Shown one piece after another: positions 11,065 to 23,634 of a DNA stretch of 36,530 nucleotides (position 1 is the stretch's first letter; each line of letters starts with the position of its first letter). Made by a program: the position numbers and the translations under genes. This DNA is from Octopus bimaculoides (Eukaryota). The notes beneath the pieces were generated by a model. That model saw only the letters and a list, made by a program, of their open reading frames with translations. It searched no databases and was not told where the DNA came from. The stretch covers positions 71,873,310 through 71,909,839 of the forward strand of contig NC_068983.1 in assembly GCF_001194135.2 (NCBI RefSeq), given 5' to 3'.

Positions 11065-13975
11065 CACATACTAAATATTGGAGGCCTGTTGCATCACAAC
11101 AAAAACAAAATCTTTTTCTTGAGAGACCTTGCTGCATGCAATCAAACCCTATGCATAGCACTCGTGGAAACTTATCTGAGCCTAGATATAGAGGATGCTA
11201 AATACATATACCAAAATATACCATACCGCAAACAGACAGAAGGGAAAGGGACCGTGGTGGAGTTGCTGTATACATCTGTGAGGACCTCACATCCCAGGTC
11301 CTACTGTCATACTCAAATTCAGTATGTAACACTCTAATTGTATACATAAGCCAACATAATATAGCCACATGCAATGTATATCGCCCAACGGATGCCCCAA
11401 ACCATATAGGCAAGTTTGAAGATTGCCTCACAAGAATAAAAGAAATCCTCGTGAAACTGGAACATCACGTGAGTGTATTTCTTATGGGTGATTTCAACTT
11501 CTGCAATGTCAAATGGCTTGAAGGCCTCATGCTCTCAGGAATGACTCATTGCAAACAAGTACAGGTGGAGTTCCTGCTCAACCTCACCAGTGCCCTATTC
11601 GTGGAGCAAGTTGTGCTCAGACCAACTAGGATGAATAACATATTGGATCTCTGCTACACAAACAATATGGACATTGTTCATCATGGGAAAGTGACATAAA
11701 CGTTAGTTTTTGATCACAACATAATAGAGCTGTCTATGTATCGACCAAATGTAGCCAGAGACATATAGCCTAAAGGAAGCACCAAAAATCTCTCCAATCT
11801 GAACTTCCACAAAGCAGACTGGAAATCAATCCAAAAGGAGATCCTCAGACAGGACTGGCCAAAATGTCTCTCCACACCAGACATTGGCATGAAACTAGAA
11901 TATTTCATGTCTGTTTTGCAAACCATATACCAGAAAAATGTCCCAGAGCACAAAACCAGCACAAAAAGGAACAAGATTCCAAGAGAAAGGAAGATCCTCA
12001 TGAGATGACAGATGAAGGTTGCAAATTGCTTCAACCAACATTCCAAAAGTAGTGAAAGGTCCTGCCTAAAAAGTACAGTGATGGAGACTGAAAAAAGTTT
12101 GTAACAATCCTATGTGAGGGAAAGAGCAGACAAACAGGGTGGGTTATAAAAAACATTAAGTTTAACCCAAAGGTGTTCTTTCATTATGCCAAAGAAACAG
12201 CCTCAGTACACTGGAAAATAGGACTCCTCTTCCAAAAGAATGGTTCCCTCACAGATAGCCCAACTAGGATCAGTGAGTTACTGAATAACCAGTTCAAAAG
12301 TGTCTTTACCACCCCATTAGAACACAGACAAGTGAACAAATTAGTGGATTTCTTTACCACCTCACCTATAACCAGCGAGGCAGTTATGATGAATTACATC
12401 GACATTAGTGAAGAAGATATACTACTAGTCATAAAAGAGGTAGACGCAAACTCAACTGCTGGTCCTGATGGTTTCCCAGCAATCCTCGTCAAATTGTGTA
12501 AGTGTGCCCTGGCAAAACCACTACAGATTCTCTTCCAGAGTTTTCTTACAAATGGCAGGCTGCCAAGCAAACTGAAGGAGGGAATAATATGCCCAATCCA
12601 TGAAGGAGGAAGCAGAGCAGATGCCAAAAATTATAGGTCTATCTTTCTGACTTCACATGTCAGCAATGTCATGGAATGGATAGTCAGAGGGAAACTGATC
12701 ACATTCCATGAAGAAAACGACTTGCTGTGTGATACCCAGCATGGCTTTCGTTCAGGTGGGAGCTGCCTGACCCAGCTCCTACAGCACTATGACTGGGTGT
12801 TGAGGCAGTTACTCAACAACAAAATGTGGACATAATATACCTTGACTTTGTAAAAGCTTTTGACAAGGTGGATCATGGTATGATATGCCACAAACTGCGT
12901 GATCTTGGCATAACTGGAAAACTTGGAGAGTGGTTACATGACTTTCTGAAAGATAGAAATCAGGCAGTAGTGGCCAATGGAGTCACCTCAAAGAAAACAA
13001 AAATAGTGAGCAGTGTTCCACAGGGCACTGTCTTGGGACCACTGCTTTTCATAGTGGTCCTCTCGGCTATGCCCTCAGCCACCCTTGCTAGCTATGCAGA
13101 TGATACGAAAGTCTCACAGAAAATACAGAACCCCAGTGATGTTGCACACTTGCGGCAGAAGTTGGACTCAATTTACAGATGGGCTGAGGACAATAATATG
13201 CAGTTTAATGCTAAAAACTTCGAAGCCCTGTGCTACCAGCGTCCAAAATTGAATATAAAACTTATAGGGTACACTGGCCCACAGGGGATTACTATCCCAG
13301 AGCCTAAATCAGTGCAGGACCTAGGTATCAACATGAGTGATGATACCTCTTTGCACGTGCATATTGCCAGGATGGCGGCAAAGTGCAGAGGACTGGCTGG
13401 ATGGATCCTGAGAACCTTCAGAACTAGAGAGAAGGAAACCATGATGGTCTTCTGGAGGACATTCGTCCTCAGCTGCCTGGATTACTGCTCCCAGCTATGG
13501 TCACTCCACAGTGTAAAATTAACAGTGGACTTTGAAGCAATCGAGTGAAGCTTCACAAAGATCATCTCATTGCAACAGCTCAGCTACTGGGATAGGCTGA
13601 AACAGCTATGACTCCACTCCCTAGAACAAAGGTGGGAGAGATATGCAGTAATATACATCTAGAAGATCCTGGAAGGGATTGTGTCAAATTTGGCATTGAA
13701 AGCTACACAAATTTTGGCATTGAAAGCTACACAGGTCGCCACTGCACAGTGCCAAAGATCCCAGCAATGCCATCGCACTTCAGGACCTGTTAATATTCTC
13801 CCAAAGAGCCCGAGGGATCTACACAAAGTGGATGTAGGTGTTTTCAAATAAAAACTGGATCTCTTCCTGTCGAGAGTCCCAGATGAACCTACCTCACGGC
13901 AGGAGGTGCAAATGAGGGTAGCGACATCAAAATCCCTTATTCACCAAATGCCACATTTCAGAGGAGGCTCTCAAT
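11065..13975 (+). pseudogene. LINE ORF2 remnant: AP endonuclease plus reverse transcriptase
   Basis: APE motifs IALVETYL, MGDFN, ILDL and FDHN. RT motifs GPDG, NYRSIFLTS, QHGFRSGGSCLTQLL, YLDFVKAFDKVDH, VPQGTVLGPLLF and YADDTK. Many stops and frameshifts. Confidence 0.93.
13686..13732. repeat. Tandem duplication of about 24 bp inside the CR1 ORF2 3' region
   Basis: AAATTTGGCATTGAAAGCTACAC is immediately followed by AAATTTTGGCATTGAAAGCTACAC. Confidence 0.9.
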
Positions 13976-15390
13976 AATAACAGTGTAGCAAAACGGTGGT
14001 GCCCCAGCATGGCCACAGCTCTGAGCTGAAACTAATAAAACAAAACAACCCCAGAGTTAAAAATTTGCTGATATTGAGGTAAGTCAACTAAGTTGACCCT
14101 ATACTTGATTGACAATTTAGTTTATTGACATAGCTAGGATTTAAACACAAAATGTAAATAATACCAAAATTTGTATCCATTATTATGATGATGATGGACA
14201 TCATGATCATCTACAGCAGCAACAACAGTATCAGCAGGAGTACGAACAATATCAACAGTAGAGCTACTAACAACACAAGCACTAGGAATATTATTATCAT
14301 AATGGTAGTGATCATCGTTTGGTTGTAGTAGAAGCACGGATTACAACATGCATAGCTAGATGTGTTTGATTATGCAGAAAGACATCATGCTTGGTTTAAC
14401 ACAGAGAGTATGTGTATTTATATTATTTTGTGGCAGGATGTGCTATAATGCAGTGCAATTTGATATCATATGATATGATGTGATATGTTATAGATCAATG
14501 CACTTTTGAATATTAATAATATATACTATATATATATATATATANNNNNNNNNNNNNNNNNNNNNNNNNNNNNNNNNNNNNNNNNNNNNNNNNNNNNNNN
14601 NNNNNNNNNNNNNNNNNNNNNNNNNNNNNNNNNNNNNNNNNNNNNNNNNNNNNNNNNNNNNNNNNNNNNNNNNNNNNNNNNNNNNNNNNNNNNNNNNNNN
14701 NNNNNNNNNNNNNNNNNNNNNNNNNNNNNNNNNNNNNNNNNNNNNNNNNNNNNNNNNNNNNNNNNNNNNNNNNNNNNNNNNNNNNNNNNNNNNNNNNNNN
14801 NNNNNNNNNNNNNNNNNNNNNNNNNNNNNNNNNNNNNNNNNNNNNNNNNNNNNNNNNNNNNNNNNNNNNNNNNNNNNNNNNNNNNNNNNNNNNNNNNNNN
14901 NNNNNNNNNNNNNNNNNNNNNNNNNNNNNNNNNNNNNNNNNNNNNNNNNNNNNNNNNNNNNNNNNNNNNNNNNNNNNNNNNNNNNNNNNNNNNNNNNNNN
15001 NNNNNNNNNNNNNNNNNNNNNNNNNNNNNNNNNNNNNNNNNNNNNNNNNNNNNNNNNNNNNNNNNNNNNNNNNNNNNNNNNNNNNNNNNNNNNNNNNNNN
15101 NNNNNNNNNNNNNNNNNNNNNNNNNNNNNNNNNNNNNNNNNNNNNNNNNNNNNNNNNNNNNNNNNNNNNNNNNNNNNNNNNNNNNNNNNNNNNNNNNNNN
15201 NNNNNNNNNNNNNNNNNNNNNNNNNNNNNNNNNNNNNNNNNNNNNNNNNNNNNNNNNNNNNNNNNNNNNNNNNNNNNNNNNNNNNNNNNNNNNNNNNNNN
15301 NNNNNNNNNNNNNNNNNNNNNNNNNNCACAGATATATATATATATAGATAGATAGATAGAGAGAGAGAGAGTGAGAGAGATGTATGTATG

Positions 15391-15461
<71 letters not shown>

Positions 15462-15463
<2 letters not shown>

Positions 15464-15835
15464 TTGTTTGCTCCTTATGCAGAGTATGACCACTTCTTGT
15501 ACTTACACCTTAGGTCTATCATGGCGCTGATGTGTTTTAAACTAGACAATGTTTTGAAAAGATACCTACATAAATTGCATATCTGCTTTGGATCACCAAG
15601 CGCTGCAATTAAGTTCTGATCTTTGTACCTTAAAATGTCTTTTGAGGCCTCTGTTAGTTTTGTAGACCTTGGCCTTATGGCATACAAGGCATTGATAGGT
15701 ATGCACAGATTAATGGGCAGTTTGTGGTGGTTCATTTTTCATGGGTTTGCAAATGAGATTTGAGCCCAGCAAAAGAAAGGCATAGTCTGTCACAAATTGT
15801 GCACACAAAAAGGTTGTTGAGATTAATTTTCTTAT
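15462..15835 (-). mobile_element. LINE 3' end (probably RTE clade) encoding three decayed C2H2 zinc fingers
   Basis: ZF1 FVCTICDRLCLSFAGLKSHLQTH (15741-15809) is canonical C-x2-C-x12-H-x3-H. ZF2 is CLVCHKAKVYKTNRGLKRHFKVQ (15623-15691). ZF3 is ICNLCRYLFKTLSSLK-H. An RTE-like 3' UTR, GAAGTGGTCATACTC...AACAACC(AC)n, follows. Confidence 0.6.
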
Positions 15836-15887
15836 TGATCATAGCATTATTCATTAAATTTATATATGTATATATATGTATATATAT

Positions 15888-15992
15888 ATTGGAGCCTGGT
15901 GTTGCCATCCGGTTTCACCAGTCCTCAGTCAAATCGTCCAACCTATGCTAGCATGGAAAGCGGACGTTAAACGACGACGATGATGATGATGA
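15888..15992 (+). mobile_element. RTE 3' UTR terminal fragment
   Basis: GGAGCCTGGTGTTGCCATCC...CATGGAAAGCGGACGTTAAACGACGACGATGATG is homologous to 24870-24974 and to the UTR of 5190-5739. Confidence 0.85.
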
Positions 15993-16311
15993 TATATATA
16001 CATGCATGCATGCTTACATGCATGTATATATCTTAGATCCTGGTAGGGTATAAAACATTTGACTAAATGTTTAACTTTCCAGTAATCCTAATGAATTGCA
16101 AAAATTCAAAGCTCTCACACTGCTTCAATTTCTTTAAATCTTATTTTGATGCCTAGATATTTCCAGAGAAGGACTCAACTTAATTCTGAGCCATCACACA
16201 CTGTTAGATTCCAGACCAATGCCAAAATTCTCCACGTGTAGAAAATCCTGGGTTCAAGATAGTAACAAATTTGTGTGGATTTGGCGAAGAGTAAATTACA
16301 TATTCTTTCAA

Positions 16312-16457
16312 CCTTAAGTTGAACAAATCGACCCCAGGACTTATTCTTTGTAAGCCTAGTACTTATTCTATCAGTCCTTTGTGCCGAACTGCTAAGTTAC
16401 AGGGACATAAACACACCAACACCAGTGGGGGAACAAACACAGACACACACACATAAA
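16312..16457 (-). mobile_element. Internal/3' module of the tRNA/CORE SINE (partial)
   Basis: CAAATCGACCCCAGGACTTATTCTTTGTAAGCCTAGTACTTATTCTATC is nearly identical to 31640-31690. Confidence 0.8.
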
Positions 16458-16458
16458 C

Positions 16459-17164
16459 AAGACAGGTTGCCCCTGGGAGCTCCTCTATGCTGATGACCTT
16501 GCCCTAATTGCGGAGTCACTATCAGAACNNNNNNNNNNNNNNNNNNNNNNNNNNNNNNNNNNNNNNNNNNNNNNNNNNNNNNNNNNNNNNNNNNNNNNNN
16601 NNNNNNNNNNNNNNNNNNNNNNNNNNNNNNNNNNNNNNNNNNNNNNNNNNNNNNNNNNNNNNNNNNNNNNNNNNNNNNNNNNNNNNNNNNNNNNNNNNNN
16701 NNNNNNNNNNNNNNNNNNNNNNNNNNNNNNNNNNNNNNNNNNNNNNNNNNNNNNNNNNNNNNNNNNNNNNNNNNNNNNNNNNNNNNNNNNNNNNNNNNNN
16801 NNNNNNNNNNNNNNNNNNNNNNNNNNNNNNNNNNNNNNNNNNNNNNNNNNNNNNNNNNNNNNNNNNNNNNNNNNNNNNNNNNNNNNNNNNNNNNNNNNNN
16901 NNNNNNNNNNNNNNNNNNNNNNNNNNNNNNNNNNNNNNNNNNNNNNNNNNNNNNNNNNNNNNNNNNNNNNNNNNNNNNNNNNNNNNNNNNNNNNNNNNNN
17001 NNNNNNNNNNNNNNNNNNNNNNNNNNNNNNNNNNNNNNNNNNNNNNNNNNNNNNNNNNNNNNNNNNNNNNNNNNNNNNNNNNNNNNNNNNNNNNNNNNNN
17101 NNNNNNNNNNNNNNNNNNNNNNNNNNNAGAAACTCTGCCAAATTAGATTGGAGCCTGGTGTTGC
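16459..17164 (+). mobile_element. 5'-truncated RTE LINE spanning an assembly gap (RT YADD motif to 3' UTR)
   Basis: 16459-16527 translates to KTGCPWELLYADDLALIAESLSE. After the 599-N gap the sequence resumes in RTE 3' UTR (AGAAACTCTGCCAAATTAGATTGGAGCCTGGTG). Continuity across the gap is inferred. Confidence 0.72.
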
Positions 17165-17528
17165 TGATGATCTGTGATTTACAGTGAAATCATATGATAG
17201 AACACTGCTATCTGCTACTGCTGATGAACTTTCATCAACTGACACAATTTGTACTTTTTAGCATTTGTCATCTCCACGAGATTTCTCAAAATGTTTACTG
17301 CAGTCTACACTATTATAAACAACATATCCAAGTTAAGTTGGATGTGCTAAGTAATATTCATTATAAAGGCTGCTTCTGTTGTCTATAGCTAATCTACATA
17401 CATACATACATACATACATACATACATACATACATACATGCATACATACATACATACATACATACACACACACACTCATACATACATATACATATACATA
17501 TATATGTATGTGTGTGTATATGTGTTAC

Positions 17529-17777
17529 TGTGCAAGTGGATGAGCACTCCACAGACACATGTACCCTTAATGTAGTTCTCAGGATATTCAACATGACACA
17601 GAATGTGACAAGGCTAGCCCTTTGAATTACAGGTACTACTCATTTTTGCCAGCTGAGTTGACTGGAACAATGTGAAGTAAAGTACCTTGCTCAAGAACAC
17701 AATGTGCTTTCAGGAACTGAACTCACGACCTTATGATCATGAACCAAATATACTAACCACTAAACCACACATTTTCT
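17529..17777 (-). mobile_element. tRNA/CORE SINE (second head type), 3'-truncated
   Basis: Colinear with 23110-23356; contains the reverse complement of the core TGTGTTCTTGAGCAAGGTACTT. Confidence 0.85.
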
Positions 17778-17784
17778 GAAGTGC

Positions 17785-20003
17785 ATGAGGTGTCTCTGGG
17801 TGTCTTTGACAGTGTAACATGTAGTGCTCTTTGAAGTGGTTCATCCACTTTGGTCCTCACTGACACCCAGCTCTCACCTGTGGCTCATCAAAGTTGTCTG
17901 CATGCAACAGTGGCTAAACCCTGGCAACAACTTCCACAGGCCAAATAAACTATGGCAAGTGAAGCCAATGGGTCTCAAACCTTTGGTGAGCTAGGGGTTG
18001 TCTACCTATGCATGTGAAAACTGGACCCAGTGGAATGTGCAGAGGAAACCACCAAACTGATTCAATGGGCAGAATTGCAGACCATCAAGTATTGTGGAGT
18101 GCAAACAAGACATAGCGGGAAATGAAGGACACTGTAGCTATCTACTGCATACTAACCTATCTCTAGTCACCTTGACTTCGTCCTGTCACTGGAATCAGAC
18201 AGGAAGGAACAAGAGAGTGAGGCAGATGATGTTGTGCAGCCCCCACTCACTTTAATCCATGTCATACACAAGTCAAGAGATCACTCCATCTCAGACTCAT
18301 CTTGAAGTCCTGTGGTAATGAGTGAATGATGAAGTAGCATGTGTGGATGCACTGGAAACTGTAGTTACAAATCTACACACAAGTGGCCCAGTAGTAGAGC
18401 TTGGCTGCCCACTGGGTGTCTGAGCAGACCTCTTTATGATCACTCTGCTCTCCTCTATGGCCTGAGGAAAGGGCAAGAAACATGCCCTAAACATAGCCTG
18501 CTTCCTCTCACCCAAGCCGGCATATCATGGCAAGTGGGAATCCCAAACATGCAGTTGAAACATCAAGATGAAAACATTAGTGACATCATTCACCATTGGC
18601 ACAAGGAATGTGCAAACACTCATAGACAATTCCAAAGCCAACAAACCTGAGAGACAAACAGCACTTGTTGCAAAAGAACTCAGCAGATACAACATCCATA
18701 TTGCAGCTCTAAGCAAAACCAGGCTTCTGGAGTGGCTGCAGCAGTAACAAATGCCATGAAGTAACAGTGGATTTTGCCATTGGATTAATCTGATCAGCAA
18801 GCTAACCAACATCACCAAAGAACTTAATAACTGACTGATGTCTCTGTAGCTCTTCCTCAGTGCATATGCTTCCATCACAACTAACCCTGAGGAGGTCAAA
18901 GACAAGTTTTATGACGACTTGGAAGCCTTCCTAGTAGCTGTGTCTAAGGAAGACAATCTCATCATTCTTGGCGACTTCAACACCAGAGTTGGTACAGAAT
19001 ACCAAACATGGAAGGGAGTTATGGAAATGAGAAACGGGGTTGGCAAGAGAAACAATTATCTACTGCTGAAGACCCAACCACAGTAAGATGTCCTGGATGC
19101 ATCAATGCAGTAAACATTAACATCTAATTGACTAGGTACCCAGAAAACAGAGATTGTTACCAGCCTGTCCCACAGAAGCTGTATGTGGAAGTAGCTATCA
19201 TTGTTAAAGAAGGAACCCTGAGGTTCTTGATAAGCTCCAGATATGTGAACCTTGATAATGAAGTTGATACACATCACCAAAAGAAGCTCAGCATTTGTGC
19301 AGCTACAGGAACCAGGATAGGAGAGGAGGGACATTAGGCTGCCACCAAGTTGAAGATGTACTAAGCAGTTGTATTGGCTACTCTACTGAATTCCTGTGCG
19401 ATTTGGACAGTTTATGAACATCATGGCAAAAAGCTAAACCACTCCCACATGAACTACCTGAGAAAGCTGTTGAAAATCACCTGGCAAAACGAGGTCTCAG
19501 ACACAGAGGTCCTCTCTTAAGCTCATCTACCAAGCATTTACACACTGCTTAGGAAAATGTAAGTCAGGTGGGCAGGCCACCTTGTCCAAGTGACTGACAC
19601 ACACCTCCCCAAGACACTGTTTTACAGTGAACTGGTAGAAGGAAAGCATGCACAAAGTGGACAGAAAAAGCACTTCAAGGACACACTCAAAGTTTCATTG
19701 AAGAGCTTTGAGATCAACTTCCCAACACCTGGGAAATACAAGTGCAAGACTGCTCTGCTTCACAAAGATGCACCAACAGAGGTGCAACTTCCTACAAACA
19801 GAATAGGATTGCAGGGGCACAAAGAAAATGCAAACTGTGAAAGTCCAGAGCCAACTCCTCAACTTCAGTTTCAGCAGACCACCAATGCCTGACCTGTGGC
19901 AGAGCCTTCTGATCAATCATTAGACTGATTGGTCACAACCAGACAAACTGTGTCCCATCTTCTCCCATGTGACATCCTTGGTCATTCTCAACAACTGACA
20001 AAC
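17785..20003 (+). mobile_element. RTE (BovB-like) LINE remnant lacking the RT domain
   Basis: APE: TIGTRNVQTLIDN...PERQTALVAKELSRYNIHIAALSKTRL (from 18583), EEVKDKFYDDL, LIILGDFNTRVG, MSWMH. It then jumps to post-RT QKTEIV, YVNLDNEVD, RWAGHLV, LPKTLFYSEL, GQKKHFKDTLK and C-terminal CLTCGRAF...H. The 5' boundary is approximate. Confidence 0.85.
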
Positions 20004-20723
20004 TATTATGTATGTGTAGGGTACTGCCTATGGGCTGATAACAGAGGAACTGTAGACAGGAACTTCACTGCAGGTTAGCTAGTGAGCTGGTTTGCAGAGA
20101 AGGGACTAATTGAAGTGAAATAAATAATACATTGACACACTCTTGTTCCAGATTACTTTTATGAATAGCCTAACTAAGCTATGTGTTACTATCTCCTTGA
20201 ATTGATAGCATGTGAAAGTGGTTAGTAAGTGTCACTGTCATGAAAGCAATGTTTTCTGATCAGTGTATTGTATTTTATTACTCCCTTGACTGGAAATGTG
20301 TCTTCTTTATCAGTTTTTTGAGAGAACTACTAGAATGCAGCAGCTATCTAGGTATATATTGTGATAAGGCTAAATGAAATGATGAAGAAAAAGAGAGAGG
20401 TACTTGTTTAAAAAGTCACCTGAGGACACACAATTTACAGCTGTGATGTGAGGTAATTAATTGTACAGTATTACACTTATGAGGTACAAGTGCAGAATGA
20501 GTTGAAACAATTGTAGTGGATTTGAATAAAGAATCTCGTGAATTCCATTTTCTGTCTCTGGTTTAGTTATATGAACTCTACAGACACCAAGGTTCCTGAA
20601 GTAAATCTAGTAACATATGCATCACTATTGTTGATGACATCAGATAGCCAAAAACTGTAGACTAGCCTTACAGAGCATCCTACAAAGCTTCTGCTGGAAT
20701 ATAATTTAACCACACACACACAC

Positions 20724-20754
<31 letters not shown>

Positions 20755-21132
20755 AACTTGAGTCATGATATATGGATTCAAGTAATCTGGAAGTACTCAT
20801 AAAAAAACACCTTAATATATCATTCTACAAAACATAGAATATATAGTATGATATAAGAGAAAACAATAAGACTTAAGTTTAACAAAGATCTTCTTTTACC
20901 TGAGAACATAGCTTAATTTCTGCATTTAAAAGATGCTTTGCATTAAATCAGACATGTAAGTAATTTATTTATTATTAAATATTATAATATAAATGATTTT
21001 TACATGCTTTAAGTTATGAAACAATTTGTTATGAGATTTGAATTTTCTTATAGTTAAATAAATTTCCATCATAATATTTTTCTCATCATTTATAACTTTA
21101 TATATATGTATGTATGTATGTATGTACATTAT

Positions 21133-21373
21133 TAAGAGGGTTCAAGGTTCTTCCCAGTCCATAGATTTATAAGGGTGGTTTCCTGGATTCTGTAGTGTTT
21201 ATGTTTCTCACCTGGATAAGATGCTTGTTCATTGCAGGATTACTTGCTTTGGTTGGCTGAGTAGACTGGAGCATAGTGAAATAAAGTGTCTTGCTCAATA
21301 ACACAAGTTTGGAAACTGAAACGACAATCTTATGATCATGAGTGCAACACCCTGACTATTAAACCATTCACCT
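21133..21373 (-). mobile_element. Decayed tRNA/CORE SINE (second head type) with a third tail variant
   Basis: The core GGCTGAGTAGACTGGAGCATAGTGAAATAAAGTGTCTTGCTCAA is shared with the 4792 and 23046 copies; the distal 100 bp differ from both. Confidence 0.7.
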
Positions 21374-22168
21374 TTATATANNNNNNNNNNNNNNNNNNNN
21401 NNNNNNNNNNNNNNNNNNNNNNNNNNNNNNNNNNNNNNNNNNNNNNNNNNNNNNNNNNNNNNNNNNNNNNNNNNNNNNNNNNNNNNNNNNNNNNNNNNNN
21501 NNNNNNNNNNNNNNNNNNNNNNNNNNNNNNNNNNNNNNNNNNNNNNNNNNNNNNNNNNNNNNNNNNNNNNNNNNNNNNNNNNNNNNNNNNNNNNNNNNNN
21601 NNNNNNNNNNNNNNNNNNNNNNNNNNNNNNNNNNNNNNNNNNNNNNNNNNNNNNNNNNNNNNNNNNNNNNNNNNNNNNNNNNNNNNNNNNNNNNNNNNNN
21701 NNNNNNNNNNNNNNNNNNNNNNNNNNNNNNNNNNNNNNNNNNNNNNNNNNNNNNNNNNNNNNNNNNNNNNNNNNNNNNNNNNNNNNNNNNNNNNNNNNNN
21801 NNNNNNNNNNNNNNNNNNNNNNNNNNNNNNNNNNNNNNNNNNNNNNNNNNNNNNNNNNNNNNNNNNNNNNNNNNNNNNNNNNNNNNNNNNNNNNNNNNNN
21901 NNNNNNNNNNNNNNNNNNNNNNNNNNNNNNNNNNNNNNNNNNNNNNNNNNNNNNNNNNNNNNNNNNNNNNNNNNNNNNNNNNNNNNNNNNNNNNNNNNNN
22001 NNNNNNNNNNNNNNNNNNNNNNNNNNNNNNNNNNNNNNNNNNNNNNNNNNNNNNNNNNNNNNNNNNNNNNNNNNNNNNNNNNNNNNNNNNNNNNNNNNNN
22101 NNNATATATATATGTTTGTATATATATATATATATATAAATATATATATATGTATGTATGTATGTATG

Positions 22169-22200
<32 letters not shown>

Positions 22201-22902
22201 TGTATGTGTGTGTATGTATGTATGCATGAATATATGCAAATGAGTTAAGTGCATACTAGATATTTTTGTAAGCATCAAAACAGATTAACTGAATACATGT
22301 GAAAGGAATACATGTATTGTAGAAACATGTATGTACAGGCCTACCTAGACATATGACAATAGTTTGAATAGACATTTCCCTTTGAGGCAAGTCTAACTAG
22401 CATACCATTAATTAAATTTCATTCAAATTATCAAAAACCAAATTCTTATATCAGATTTATTTTTTGTGTGTAATGCTTGTTCAGTATATTCTACTTTTAT
22501 ATTTTCACATGATAACCAGTTTTACTAAATTTTCATGTCAGCATATTACAGTTGATGAGTTAAGAGAAAAGAGAAAGCAAGTTGAGGTTTAGATAATTGC
22601 TAAAGAGGAATTCCAGTATGTATCTCTTTCTTGAGAATCATATAAAATGCTTTGTAAGTATTTTATTGATTTAATATCTAAAGCTTTTTGTAGAGATGAA
22701 TGCATTAGTGTTGCCAAATCTATGCCATAGCTCTACAATGATTCTCACTTGTAGACATTTCACTAATGTTTTACAGGAATGTTCTTGAGAATGATTTTTA
22801 GAACTGTACGGATGTATCACAATTCAATTTCTCTTCTACAAAAATGCTCCTGTTTATTCTTTTACTGATTTCATTTCCGTCATTGGGTTGTAGCTCTCCT
22901 GG

Positions 22903-22965
<63 letters not shown>

Positions 22966-23045
22966 NNNNNNNNNNACACACACACACACATACACACACA
23001 CACACACATACACACACACAAACACAAACACACACACACACGCAC

Positions 23046-23356
23046 TGGTACTCTGTCAGTTATGATGATGAGGGTTCTAGTTGATGTGATCAACACAACA
23101 GCTTGCTGGGGAAATTAACATGCAAGTGGCTGAGCACTCCACAGACATGTATACCCTTAACATAGTTCTCAAGGAGATTCAGTGGGACATGGAATGTGAC
23201 AAGGCTGGTCCTTTGAATTACAGGTACTATTCATTTTTGTCAGCTGAGTGGACTGGAGCAGTGTGAAATAAAGTGTCTTGCTCAAGGACACAATTTGCTG
23301 CCAGGAACTCATGACCTTACATTTGTAATCTGAATACCCTGACCACTTAGGCCATG
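23046..23356 (-). mobile_element. Near full-length tRNA/CORE SINE (second head type), CpG-decayed
   Basis: Head, core and tail are colinear with 17529-17777 and 28369-28550. Confidence 0.85.
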
Positions 23357-23415
23357 TTTTAGTAACATCATATCTCATTGTAAGGTTGTGGCTTGATGAC
23401 ATTTTTAGGCACTCA
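23357..23415 (-). mobile_element. Short inverted fragment of the adjacent REL-type LINE
   Basis: Minus strand reads CLKMSSSHNLTMRYDVTK; 34/38 nt identical to 23635-23672. Confidence 0.65.
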
Positions 23416-23417
23416 CA

Positions 23418-23450
<33 letters not shown>

Positions 23451-23458
23451 TGCAAACT

Positions 23459-23509
<51 letters not shown>

Positions 23510-23634
23510 NNNNNNNNNNNNNNNNNNNNNNNNNNNNNNNNNNNNNNNNNNNNNNNNNNNNNNNNNNNNNNNNNNNNNNNNNNNNNNNNNNNNNNNNNNN
23601 NNNNNNNNNNNNNNNNNNNNNNNNNAAAAAAAAA

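Larger units (their letters stand above)
10075..14040 (+). mobile_element. Near full-length decayed CR1-type LINE (ORF1 with CCCH finger; ORF2 with APE and RT; 3' stem-loop tail)
   Basis: ORF1 and ORF2 motifs occur in the correct order, and the element ends GGTGGTGCCCCAGCATGGCCACAGCTCTGAGCTGAAAC followed by an A-rich tail. Confidence 0.92.

Noticed and set aside
14050-14145. Possible further SINE family (weakly similar pieces at 33615-33740 and 34955-35030)
   Set aside because: Too decayed to define boundaries or a family by eye.
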